Positions 37,945 through 50,582 of a stretch of 64,000 nucleotides of DNA are shown one piece after another (the first letter of the stretch is position 1; each line of letters opens with the position of its first letter). The stretch comes from Lytechinus pictus. Its lineage: Eukaryota. Made by a program: the position numbers and the translations under genes. Location: assembly GCF_037042905.1 (NCBI RefSeq), contig NC_087252.1, positions 15,130,001 through 15,194,000 on the forward strand, written 5' to 3'. The notes beneath the pieces were generated by a model that saw only the letters and a list, made by a program, of their open reading frames with translations, did no database searches and was not told where the DNA came from.

Positions 37945-40900
37945 TAGTCGATTTGACAGTCACATAGGCTCAATACACCAACCTAGCAATGTTCTTTCCG
38001 ATGAAGTTTTTTTCTTGATTCGTGTTCCTATGGGGTCCTAGAACAAATTCAGCTTGGTTGCCCAAACGGCAACTTTGGGCAATTTTGCTAATTTGCATAA
38101 ATCCAAAATGGCCGCCACATGCCATCTTGAAAACCTAAGTTTTGAACCCCTTGCCCCAAAATGATAAGCAATAACTCAGTTTAGGGGTTAAGGGTTGTGT
38201 AGAATCAATTTCTATTATTATTTTTGCATTATAAGGTCATCTTCAGGTCAAATCCAAGATGGCCGCCAGATGCCATTCTGAAAAATTGACTTTTGATCCT
38301 ATTGCCCCAGAATGACGAGTTATACCTCTGTTATTGGGTTTTGGGGTGTGTAGAATCTCTTTCTGCTATCTATTTGCAATATAATGTCATCTTCAGGTCA
38401 AATCCAAGATGGCCGCCAGAAGATGCCATTTTGAAAAATAAACTTCTGAACCCTTTGTCCCAGAATCATCATATGATTAATACCCATTTCCGTGAGTTAT
38501 TTGGTATGTTGATTCCATTTCTGTTAATAATTTTGCAATATTAGATCATATTCAGATCAAATCTAACATGTCCAAGATGGCAGCTAAATGCAATATAAAA
38601 AAAAAACTACTTCCCGTGACTATTGAACATTGAAGAAGTACTCTCTCTAAAAGCGTACACGCTGTCCTGAAGAGGTTAGTAGTAGGAGATCATGTAAGGG
38701 AATTTCAGTAAGAATTATTAACTTCTTTTAATCACTTCATTTTTAGTTCGAGGTCAAGTCATGTCTAAGATGATAGATGATAGATGATAGATTTCGTCAT
38801 TAACTGCTTACTTTAGAATGAAACCATTCAAGGTTTTAGCTACGATGTATTTCGGGAGTTCTAATGCTTGTTTACGTCCAACCGTACTTTTTTAGAGAAA
38901 GGACTATTATTGAATTAAAAAGTGATTTCTCCATATTTTTTTTCAGAAAAATAGTGAAGTCATTACCTTCCTTTATAACTATCATTGGACCTTTTGTCCT
39001 GACAAGAGCCATTGACTTGGTCAGCAGGAGTGCACTATTTAGCCTCCTGCAGAAGATATGTTCCCCAAGACTGTTCCCTGGTCATATTCCATGAGCACAG
39101 TTTGCTACAACACTGGAACACCTGGTACCTTTTCTCCGTTCCTGTGAGCGGCGTAGAGCAAGGCTGCGCCTGGCCCTGACACTCTTTGGGATATTCTTTT
39201 CCAAGCTTCCCCAGTTGCATTTGGCGAATGCACAGAGGACTTCTATATCCGTACCAACGCAGATGGGGAACTGAACATCGACCGACTACATGTACCTGCC
39301 AAAACAATGGTCAGGATGGTTCTCATTCATGAGATATTGCACGGAAACGATGTCGCCCCTGCCTCTCAATAAGCAAGAGTACAAGACCTAGTCATACAGC
39401 CGCCTGTCCTGTGCATGTTTGGATCACCCATCAGCCTGTGAAACAGAAATCCTGATCGACTCAAGACACTGACTGTCCTCCAGATATCAACAGCACGCAC
39501 TCGTCTGGTTGTGGTGGACTCCTCACCTACAATGGATCTCCCTCTCACGTCCCTGATTGGATCATCTATCTGTCTCTAGCTACCTTTCACTGGACAAGGA
39601 GATAAGCACCAGGGTAGGAAAATCTGCCACAGTCATGACAAAGCTCCTGTACGGAAGTAAGTCTTGGAAAACGTACCCCAACTAAGAAAAGCGGCTAAAC
39701 ACCTTCCATATCAGCTGCCTCAGATGTATCATGCACGTTAAATGGCAGGACAAAGTGAAAAATACAGAGGCCCTTCAGCGTATGTTCTGGCATCCCCAGC
39801 TTATTCTCACTCCTTTATAGTCAAAGGCGCATCAAGTGGTTGAGGCATGTTCGCCGCATGAAACCTTGGCGAATCTCAGAAGGGATTCGCCAAGATGAGG
39901 TGAGCTGTGTGCTTGGTCTCACCCCATTTGTAGATCACACCTTCGTTATAAAGACACCTGCAAACGTGACATAAAACTTGCCAGCATAGACACTAACACT
40001 TATGAAGATGTAGGCGCCATTCTATGGAGAGCTAATAAGGACAGGTGTCAAGACGTCAGAAAATAATCGGAATGTTAAATTGGCAGACCAAAGACCTAGG
40101 AGGAAGGCTAGGGCAGCATTTCTATCTATACCTGTCTCAGCGCCATCTTCCTTCACCTGTACAAATTTGCTCTACAGACTGCCACTCTAGAGCTGAGTTC
40201 TACAGCCACTCTCAAAATGTAAGACCTAGCGCTACACCATCGTCTTTTAAAACAAACTGATGCCTACCAATCATTGGACACATTGATATAGGAAAAATAT
40301 GGAGAAAACACTTTCGACTTCAAATAACACTCTAAAAGCCTAATCAGTACAAAAGTATGGATGGACATTAAAACAAATAAAAATACACACGAAATGGATC
40401 TTGGCCAAAACCTAAAAGGATTCATTCTAAGGTGAGCAGCTAATGTCCAAATCTGACATCTCAGATGTGACTTCACCTTGACCTAAAACTTGAGAATAAA
40501 TAAAAGAAATGAGTATTCGTACTGAAATCCCTTTACATTAGCTCTCACACGTATAAGCATCGGAAAGTAGTTTTTTCAAGATGGCGTTTGGCGTCCATCT
40601 TGGATTTGATTTGAAGATTATCCTTTATGCAAAATTAAAACATAAATTGAAGCAACATACCAATCGATCACCAATAGAGTTAATGTTCATGATTCTGGGG
40701 CAAAGGGTTCAAAAGTTAATATTTCAAGATGGCGTCATATGGCGGCCATCTTGGATTTGACCTGAAGATGACATTATATTGCAAAATAGATAGCAGAAAT
40801 GGATTCTACACACCCCAAAACCCCGAAACAAAGGTATTACTCATCATTCTGGGGCAAGGGGTTCAAATTTAATTTTTCAAGATGACATCTGGCGGCCATC

Positions 40901-41199
40901 TTGGATTTGACCTGAAGATGACCTTATAATGCAAAAATAATAATAGAAATTGATTCTACACAACCCTTAACCCCTAAACTGAGTTATTGCTTATCATTTT
41001 GGGGCAAGGGGTTCAAAACTTAGGTTTTCAAGATGGCATGTGGCGGCCATTTTGGATTTATGCAAATTAGCAAAATTGCCCAAAGTTGCCGTTTGGGCAA
41101 CCAAGCTGAATTTGTTCTAGGACCCCATACGAACATGAATCAAGAAAAAAACTTCATCGGAAAGAACATTTCTAGGTTCGGAAAATGTCAAATCGACTA
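37945..41199. mobile_element. Non-autonomous Academ-like DNA transposon with ~600-bp internally repetitive TIRs
   Basis: Termini TAGTCGATTTGACA / TGTCAAATCGACTA; 3-bp TSD CCA; arms built from ~130-bp units containing AAATCCAAGATGGCCGCC. Confidence 0.8.
38975..40265 (+). mobile_element. Decayed RTE-clade LINE fragment inside the Academ-like element
   Basis: Broken frames give IDLVSRSALFSLLQKI, FHISCLRCIMHVKWQDKVKNTEAL, WLRHVRRM and LRYKDTCKRDIK. Confidence 0.75.
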
Positions 41200-41869
41200 C
41201 CATGGGTGGTTGAGTCACTAGTAGTAGCAGTACATTTTTTTCAGTAGGCTAACTTTTTAAATTTGCTATTTTCTTCTTTTTTTTTGAAAACTTGATTTTA
41301 AAAAAGATAAAATTTAAAGAAATTACACTCCTAGTCTACTCCAAGTATCAATGTCAATGAGGACAAAACATAATAACATTATTTCCCTCTCATTGTCATA
41401 GGCGACAATAGTTCAGAGACAGGGTGGTGCATGTAATAATTTGGTAAATTTAGTAAATTGTAGCAAGTTGGAGATCACAATTCAATGATGGCTACAAAGC
41501 TTGTCGGTGGGGTGAAGTGTCTCATGATCTTTTTTTTCTTGTTTAGTTATGAACTTTTTTGAGTGAAATCAGTTATTGTTTATTGCTTTTTAGATATCAC
41601 AAATTATATCTAAAGTAAATGGTTTGAGTAAATATCTGTGGAGTTTGTACAATGATGCTTGAAAGTCTGACTACTCCGGCAGCTTTTGTCAACCTTATTG
41701 AGGTCCCAATGCTGCCTAGAGTGGAAAAATATGGGTGAAACCAAGCTCAAAGTTTGATAAAATTCAAAGTTTTTGATTAGTGACTTCATTTATGCATAAT
41801 TATGCATGCAGCTCCCCCATAAATTTCATTTTCTAAACGAACCATGATAAAATGAAAATATTTTTCTTA

Positions 41870-41890
41870 TTATTTGTTTATTTTTTATTC

Positions 41891-41941
<51 letters not shown>

Positions 41942-42200
41942 CATTTTATCTTATTTTTTATTCATAAAATTTACTTATAAAAGGGGGCCTTCACCCTACA
42001 AGCTCTGCTTTTTAGTTGGTCTCCTTCCCTTTCGATTTCATGGTATTATTGTATTATAAAAAAATGATTTAAATGTTATATTTTATAAATATGTACATTG
42101 AACTATCATTGTAAATGTAAAAAGATTGAAAGAGAAAATAAATGAATTGAATTGAATTGAATTGAATTGAATTGAATTGAATTGAATTGAATTATGAATT
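41870..42200 (+). repeat. (TA)n and (GAATT)n microsatellites, probably the 3' tail region of a CR1/L2-type LINE
   Basis: (TA)n at about 41894-41937; AATAAA followed by (GAATT)n at about 42145-42195. Confidence 0.55.
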
Positions 42201-42674
42201 AAATAAAAAGGGGATATGTATCGGCAGAGAAAGTTATGTGCTGGTGATATATTCATCCCACAAATAAAATTGCAATATTTTTAGAAAATGACATTTGGGG
42301 ACTTTATATCACACAACATATGGAGGAGTTTCTCGTCTGTGACATCACAAAATTAAACATTCATAACTTTGTATTTCTATTACAATTTTTCATCAATCCA
42401 TCACCAATATTTTAATCTTATTTTTTCTGCTTTCATTAAAACCCACTTGTTGTGTAAACGTGAGTTGAAAACCAGGCAAACAGAAGAAGACTAGTCCTCG
42501 AGTTTGTTTTCTGCATGTACCTGTATAACCTTCTGATAGAAGGAAAACAGAACCAAATTTTTCTTCCTGTTGAACAACCGCAATCAACTATAAACTGATT
42601 ATTACTTATGACTTATTAAGTCTTTCCTTGTTATACTTTAATATATTGGATTTCTATGTTTCCTTGTTTTTCAG

Positions 42675-42777
42675 CAAAATGGAGTTGGTATGACAGGGCC
42701 GTTGATTGATGCAGAGGGCTACCCAAGAAATGACATCGATGTGTATTCAGTGCGAACGTCCAGACACAAGATTATCT
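42675..42777 (+). CDS. PSMD9: PSMD9 exon 2 ([34 protein letters not shown])
   Basis: TTTCAG acceptor, GTGAGT donor; Nas2_N motif LID.EGYPR.D.D.Y.VR. Confidence 0.95.
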
Positions 42778-43470
42778 GTGAGTAACAGTGCATAATAACT
42801 GGCAGGTCTAGTAGAATAATGAAAAAAAATGATCAAGGTTTTTTGGGGGAATGTGATGCAAAAAAAATTCCTCAGTGATTTCCCAGTGCCCATGATGCTT
42901 GTGTTAAAGATTCATTTCTCATTGTGTCAGGCACTGTGTTGCAATTATAATAACATTTTATGGCAATGAATCTTGTAGAATGAACTACTTCCTCAAGTTC
43001 CTACCCAATGCCCATGATACTTGGTACACACAATGGTCTTAGAGTGAAAAGTGCAGAATACATTACCAAATGTGGCAGAAACTGTGTTGCTATGGTAATG
43101 AAATATAATGCTGTAAGGCCATATAAGGCTTCCTGATCAGGCAGGGGTATCAATCACTTTCACTGGTTCTTAAATTAAGCAAAAGCAGGAATAAGCAATC
43201 TTAAGTGTTCTTTCATATACTTTCCCACTCCAAATAATATCTGACACATTTCCTTTCTTTTACATGTAGGCCTGTGTACAGGACTGTTGGAAGTATATCC
43301 TGTTTCTCTGGTTATTTTGAAATTTTTTGCTGTACATATGACCTGGCCATTACTTCCTTTCATGTATTAAAGAGTATGGTATCTACCCAGTTCCCCCCCC
43401 CCCCCCCTCACCGCTAATGAATCTGCATGTAGATAATATCTGGATAATGTATGCCCCTTCAACATTGCAG

Positions 43471-43661
43471 GTCTACAGAATGATCACAAAGCTTTGATGC
43501 TAGAAGTTGAGCAGGCTCTTCATACACTGCATGGTATTGAGAGACAACAGCGGGAACAGGGCACCTACAATCCCATTGCAAACGGGTCCAGTAATGGAGC
43601 TGCTTCAATCCCATTTGCTAAAGTGGACCTGGTTTCACAAGGATCCCCAGCAGAGAAAGCT
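43471..43661 (+). CDS. PSMD9: PSMD9 exon 3 (CLQNDHKALMLEVEQALHTLH...FAKVDLVSQGSPAEKA)
   Basis: CAG acceptor, GTAAGT donor, phase 1/0. Confidence 0.95.
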
Positions 43662-44131
43662 GTAAGTTTATTGTGTATAACATGATTAATATTTGCCTAT
43701 TTCAGGTAACTTTTAATTTATTATCATCATTATCATTATCTTCATCACCACCATTATCATCATCATCATCAATACCATCATCATCACCATGGTTATCATC
43801 TGTATATTACTTGCTTTTTCCAAACTGGATATACCTTTTCTAACCAACCTTTGTTTTATCATGATCTTCATGGTTTCGTCTAACCAGGACCTGGTATCTT
43901 GAAGCTTGCCGACTGATTATGGGGCTGATTTTTACGATTGATCATACAATACTCAATGCAATCAATCATAGAAATCAGCCCATGATCACTCACTAAGCTA
44001 TATGATATGGGCCCAGGATTGCGGTGTATCAATATATTTGTTGTCAATCACAAACAATTGCAATGCTATGGTAGTTCTTGTGTTTAAGGAATGTTGGAAA
44101 TTTGGGCTAATTTGCGATTTCTAACATACAG

Positions 44132-44233
44132 GGTGTACATGTCGGTGACAAAATCCTAGAATTTGGATCAGTGGCTTCAATGAATTTTAGAAGTATTAAA
44201 GACATCGCTCCAGTGGTGCAACACAGTCAAAAT
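44132..44233 (+). CDS. PSMD9: PSMD9 exon 4 (PDZ: GVHVGDKILEFGSV...VVQHSQN)
   Basis: CTAAC branch point, CAG acceptor, GTAAGT donor, phase 0/0. Confidence 0.93.
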
Positions 44234-44252
44234 GTAAGTCACTTTCAATATT

Positions 44253-45990
44253 GATAAGGGGTATGCCACTGGGTGTGGTAAGATGATAAGGGGTATGACA
44301 TTGGGTGTGGTAAGATGATAAGGGGTGTGCCATTGGGTGTGGTAAGATGATAAGGGGTATGTCATTGGGTGTGGTAAGATGATAAGGGATATGCCATTGG
44401 GTGTGGTAAGATGATAAGGGGTGTACTATTGGATGTGGTAAGATAAGGGGTGTGTCATTGGGTGTGGTAAGATGATAAGGGGTGTGCCATTGGGTGTGGT
44501 AAGATGATAAGGGGTATGTCATTGGGTGTGGTAAGATGATAAGGGATATGCCATTGGGTGTGATAAGATGATGAGGGGTATACTATTAGGTGTGGTAAGA
44601 TGATAAGGGGTGTGTCATTGTGTGTGGTAAGATAATAAGGGGTATGCCATTGGGTGTGGTAAGATGATAAGGGGTGTGCTATTGGGTGTGGTAAGATAAG
44701 GGGTGTGTCATTGGGTGTGGTAAGAATATAAGGGGTATGCCATTGGATGTGGTAATATGATAAGGAGGGGGTGCCATTGGGTGTGGTAAGATAAGGGGTG
44801 TGTCATTGGGTGTGGTAAGAATGTAAGAGGTATGCATTGGGTGTGGTAATATAATAAGGGGGTGCCACTGGGTGTAGTAAGATGATAAGGGGTGTGTCAT
44901 TGGGTGTGGTAAGATGATAAGGGGTGTGTCATTGGGTGTGGTAAGATGGTAAGGGGTATACCGTTGGGTTTGGTAAGATGATAAGGGGTGTGATATTGGG
45001 TGTGGTAAGATAAGGGGTGTGTCATTGGGTGTGGTAAGAATATAAGGGGTATGCCATTGGGTGTGGTAATATGATAAGGGGGGGTGGTCATTGGGTGTGG
45101 TAAGAATATAAGGGGTATGCCATTGGATGTGGTAATATGATAAGGGGGGTGCCATTGGGTGTGGTAAGATAAGGGGTGTGTCATTGGGTGTGGTAAGAAT
45201 ATAAGGGGTATGCCACTGGGTGTGGTAAGATGATAAGGGGTATGCCATTGGGTGTGATAATATGATGAGGGGTATACTATTGGGTGTGGTAAGATGATAG
45301 GGGGTGTGTCATTGGATGTGGTAAGATGATAAGGGGTGTGCCATTGGGTGTGGTAAGATGATGAGGGGTATACTATCGGGTGTGGTAAGATGATATGGGG
45401 TGTGTCATTGGGTGTGGTAAGATGATAATTGGTGTGGCATTATGATAAGGGGTGTGTCATTGGGAAATGATAAGGTGTGGTAAAATGATATGACTTTGGG
45501 GTGTTGTAAATGTATGCCATTGGGTGTGGTAAGATGATAAGGGTATGCCATTGGGTGTGATAATATGATGAGGGGTATACTATTGGGTGTGGTAAGATGA
45601 TAGGGGATGTGTCATTGGGTGTGGTAAGATGATAAGGGGTGTGCCATTGGGTGTGGTAAGATGATGAGGGGTATACTATCGGGTGTGGTAAGATGATATG
45701 GGGTGTGTCATTGGGTGTGGTAAGATGATAAGGGTGATGCCACTGGGTGTGGTAAGATGATAAGGGGTATGCCATTGGGTGTGGTAACATGATGAGGGGT
45801 GTGCCATTGGGTGTGGTAAGATGATAAGGGGTAGGCCATTGGGTGTGGTAAGATGATAATTGGTGTGGCATTATGATAAGGGGTGTGTCATTGGGAAATG
45901 ATAAGGTGTGGTAAAATGATATGACTTTGGGGTGTTGTAAATGTATGCCATTGGGTGTGGTAAGATGATAAGGGTATGCCATTGGGTGTG
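44253..45990. repeat. 32-bp G-rich minisatellite (GATAAGGGGTATGCCATTGGGTGTGGTAAGAT)n, about 50 copies
   Basis: Tandem units; a variant block is duplicated at about 45430 and 45860. Confidence 0.95.
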
Positions 45991-46208
45991 TATCGAGAAT
46001 TATGGGTGTGACCATATGACTTATGAAGTCAGACATGTCAATTTACCTTCAAGACTATCGTGTGAAATCAAACCTTCATGTTATGTAGACAGTCATGGGT
46101 TGGACGAGATACAATCTGGCTTTTACCTTGTTAGGATTATACGATGTTATTGGAAAAGTGGATGAAAATTTTACAAGATCTTGATTGTGATTTTCATTTC
46201 TCCTCCAG

Positions 46209-46297
46209 AAACCTATCCGTGTTGTGGTGCAGCGAGATGAGGACAAAGTGATCCTCTCCTTAACTCCACAAACCTGGAATGGTAGAGGTCTCCTCGG
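46209..46297 (+). CDS. PSMD9: PSMD9 exon 5 (KPIRVVVQRDEDKVILSLTPQTWNGRGLLG)
   Basis: CAG acceptor, GTGAGT donor; conserved W.G.GLLG. Confidence 0.95.
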
Positions 46298-47188
46298 GTG
46301 AGTTTTGTTGAAATTAGAAAATACACTGAAATGGGAAGTTTAACATCTTGTCAATTTGGCTTCAATAAAAGCAGGAAAAAAAATAAATTAATGAAACTTT
46401 GTTGTTTTGCATCAGTCAATAGAAACTAGTGTCCTTTTAGCTGTCGCTGGCCACCGGTCGATGGGTCTTTTAATTTTATCCATATTTTTTTTCCAGCCTA
46501 TTGTCAGAAATAAAATGAATAAAAAATAATGAATTGAATGAATAGCTAAAAAAAAATGTATAAAGGAACAGTCTAAAACAAGACAGATACTGTACATTTT
46601 ATACATTGAATAATGCATAACAATAGAGAGCCCATGACAAGGACTCATAACTGACGCAAGCAGGGCAGATTAATATATTCCAGTTCCATACTGTACCAAA
46701 AAGAGTTGCCATATTGAAAATCCATGAATGAATAATCAAGTTATGGATTAAAATTAATGCCTATACTACATATCATAAATCAAGTGCATGTGTTGAAAAT
46801 CAAAATATGCAACATTCATATAGTGCTTAATACAAATGTTTCTAAGTGCTGCATACTATTACCCTGGCTTCAGCAAGGACGTAAAATATCCTGCTGTATA
46901 AATTGCATACATAATTTCTTAAATTTCAGGCAAAAAGTTCATGATAAATTTTCCATGCTACTTTTTTAAGCTTACTAGTAAAAATTGACATCATTGTAAT
47001 TTGTATTGTTGTTAATATTGGACCCTATGCGAATTTCAGGGGCTCTGTTTTAATCTTCTAGAGTTATTGGGGGAATTTCGGGGGCAAATTATTCCTGAGC
47101 CCTCTATCGTATTTTTTTTCTGTTGTATTCATTCTTCTAGTCAGAAGTCATTATTACTTTGAAATTGATTTTATCCGATCTCTTGCAG

Positions 47189-47213
47189 ATGCAACATAAT
47201 TCCAATAAGATAG
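47189..47213 (+). CDS. PSMD9: PSMD9 last exon (CNIIPIR-stop)
   Basis: TTGCAG acceptor, phase 2; completes GLLGCNIIP; total CDS 618 nt. Confidence 0.9.
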
Positions 47214-47634
47214 AGACGGGATGGAATGAGATGTTGTAACAGCACTATGAATATGGAGACAAAGACAGTGGACTCTGACTATTTATACTTTAAGTTTATA
47301 TATAGTGTTCCTTTTGATGAACTTGCATGTCGTATAAATGAAGCAAGCAGTCAATGGGAGGCCATCCTCTCTAGAACTTGAGCTCAGGCTGATCATAGAA
47401 AGAGTGATTCTACGATCTTCATCATTTAATGGTCTCGCCTGCATAGCAGAGGGGAGACACAGGCACAGCTTTTCCGTCGGCATCGTCAAAATTGAAGTCT
47501 AAAATAAGGTTAAGTGGCAAGTAGTGATAACATCTGAATGACATGTGTCTGATCGCCACTGCGGATTGATAGCGCTATTCATCACAAGTGGTGATAACGT
47601 CTTGAATACTTTTTACTGATCACCACTAAACTTT

Positions 47635-47915
47635 CATAGTGCTGTCAATCGTAAGACTCTCGTCTTTCAATCTGAGGGACGTGGGTTCGATTCCCAGTCA
47701 TGGCGGGTTTTCCTTCAGCAAAAAATTTACCCACATTGTGCTGCACTCAACCCAGGTGAGGTGATTGAATACCCGACAGGAAGAAATTCCTCGAAAGCCA
47801 GAGCGCCTGTAGGCAGCACTGCTATAGCCAGGGTAATAATAATAACATTATTGTAATGCGCAGTTGAGTATATTCATATAGAAATTGCGCAATAAATGTA
47901 CAATTATTCTTATAA
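47635..47915 (+). mobile_element. tRNA-derived SINE
   Basis: GGTTCGATTCC B-box and shared central block GTGCTGCACTCAACCCAGGTGAGG. Confidence 0.65.
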
Positions 47916-48296
47916 TGTCTTAATGAAATGTTACTGATCACCACTGGCGACTGATAGCACTATCAACAATTTCTGAAACAGTCCAAAGTTGCAAAATGAA
48001 TGTGTTTTTCAATTCTGTAGTTGGAAACAGTGTTTGATGATTTGCAGTTCTGTTTTAACAGTATATGAAGTCAAATCTGGCATTCCAAGAAGCCAATGTA
48101 TTTTCAAATTGTCATTAGTAATTTCACACCAAACAGGGTTGAAAATCAATATGTTTTTTTTTTTTCAATTTTTCAGTTAATGGTTTATTCTCACATCACC
48201 AAAACTAGATTTAATGTCTTTTTATTGTGCACTGTCTTGTGCAGTTTCACTCAAAATATTTGCTGTATACGGTACATCTATACTCTATTAATAATT

Positions 48297-48648
48297 AATA
48301 ATAATAATAATAGCCAATTTTTATATAGCGCTTTTCCCAGAACGGCTCAAAGCGCTTTACAGCATATTATTACCCCGGTCATTGGATTCATTTCAATTCC
48401 GCACGAAAAGTGCACAATTTTCACTCCCTGGGGAGCATTCCTTGCATTCATGGCAGCCTCATTATGGCGCTGGCAAATTCAAACATACAATATCTTTCGC
48501 ATCCTACCGGGTACCCATTTAGCACCTGGGTCGAGAGTGGCAAAGTGTGGATTAACGCCTTGCCAAAGGACGCTAGACCATGGTGGGATTCGAACACACG
48601 ACCCTGTTTACAAGGCGAGAGTCAGGACCACTACACCACAGCTCTTCC
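48297..48648 (-). mobile_element. tRNA-derived SINE (second family)
   Basis: Head TGTGGTGTAGTGG...GTTCGAATCCCACCATGG; (ATT)n tail. Confidence 0.75.
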
Positions 48649-50299
48649 CATAATGTTACAGCTTTGTATTAACGCACACATGGTGCACAAATTTAAAAAG
48701 GTAAATGTTTGAATTTTAATCTCCATAAAAATGTAGTTCAGTTAGGTGTAGGATACTCTTTCATTCTTACATGTACAAGTATAATATATACAATTTCACT
48801 TTGTCAGCAACTTAAATATTTTGTATCAGTAGTGACTGTAGTATACTCTTTGATATTTGTAAGCTGTAATCATTTTGTGATTACTTGTAAATAGGAGATT
48901 AATGTCTTTCTCCAAATGCAGTTATATCAGAGTACTTGTGTGCAAGGAAATTTATCTGATTGCATTATATGAATAACTGGGCTATTATAAAGGTATTGAG
49001 GATCTTGGGGGCAATGAGGGCCTCCCTTCTAATCTCAGCCACTATCCACGCCAAGGTTTAGTGAGCATGTTCATTACAGTATCGACTATAAACCTATTGT
49101 TTATTGTTTTTTAATTTATATGAATTGCTTATGCAAATTTATGTACAAAAAGTATTATTGGTATATTTCACTTCCCAATTTCATTCGAGATTTCTTTTAT
49201 TTTGCAAATGTCATCTTTACACTTTCATAATGAAAAATTGCAAAAAAAAATGCATTTACATACTTTGGGGGTTTATATTTTTAAATAAATTTCTTAATTT
49301 TGTAGCCATTATATTGTATTGTTCTTTGAAAAGTCATATGGTAGTTACCATTATTCCAAAATCTTTATAAAATGAGTCCCTGGTATATCAAGATATTATG
49401 TAGGTGCAAATTGTTTCCACATTTTGAGCAATGGTGACTGAAATGGGATTGAAAGCCGTTCAAAGTAAAAATGCTTATGAAAATCTCTATTGATTATGGT
49501 ATACTAATAAATACAATGGTCATATGCAATGTTATGTTTGATCATGGAGCTATTTGCGAGTAGTCTGAAATACTCTGATAAAAAAAAAATTGTGGTTTAA
49601 CTATGGAAAGCCAATTGTTACTTTAATCTCAGACAGAATAGGCTGGATTTGTCAGTACATGTGGTGCTCAGTTTATTCCTAACTATGAGGGAATAGTACA
49701 TGTAGCTCAAGTAGTGTTCTTCACCATTAAAGCACAGGGAACAGAGGTTGTATACATAAGAAACACACACTGTAAATGATAATATTAGCAGTTAACCAGG
49801 GGCCCCGTTTCATAAAGGACTTACAACTGTTGTAACTTTGCCATTATGGCAACTACCATGGTAACAGGGCTCAGCAGCCAATCATAATCAAGGTTGCCAT
49901 GGTAATTGCCATAAAGGCAAAGTTACAACAGTTGTAACTCTTCATGAAACGGGCTCCTGAGCCCCGTCATACAAAGAGTTGCAATTGATCTGATCAACCT
50001 CAACTATGGAAAGCCAGCAACGCCCATATCTAAAAATGCATGTTTGTTCCAAAAAAATTCTAGATATGATGTATATTCATAAATTAATCATTTTCTTGAC
50101 AATTTGGTGTGTTTGCCTTTGTTTACAAAGGACATTTTTCAAATTTCGTGTAGAAATTTTTTTGACACAGATGGATTTCCATAGTTATGATTGATTGGTT
50201 CAATCGTAACTCTTTGTAAGACGGGGCCTAGGACCTCAGTTCAACTGGACTGCAGAGAATAAGTCAGTAAGTCTTCAGTTTAATGGATGTTGTAATAAT

Positions 50300-50582
50300 C
50301 AGGGTTCCCAGTCATGGAAAAATTTGAGGTCATGGAAAGTCAGGGAATTTGGAAAATTTGTGAAAAGTCATGGAATTGCATTATCCTCTTGGCTATAGCA
50401 GCTTTCCAGTTTGTCGTGTGTCGCAACTCTCATACTCTATTATAATTGGTGTTCATGATTTCCATTTTTCCCAGTTTTGTGACATCCCAATATCTACATA
50501 ACTCGTGGGACGTCATGGAAAGCAGCAATTTAGTCATGGAAAAGTCATGGAATTCTGTTTTCGAATTTCTGTGACAACCCTC
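50300..50582. mobile_element. hAT-like MITE with apparent 5-bp TSD
   Basis: CAGGGTT...AACCCTC termini, internal AAGTCATGGAA repeats, ATAAT on both sides. Confidence 0.55.

Noticed and set aside
44177..46036. His/Pro/Thr-rich ORFs on the minus strand
   Set aside because: Translation artefacts of the 32-bp minisatellite.
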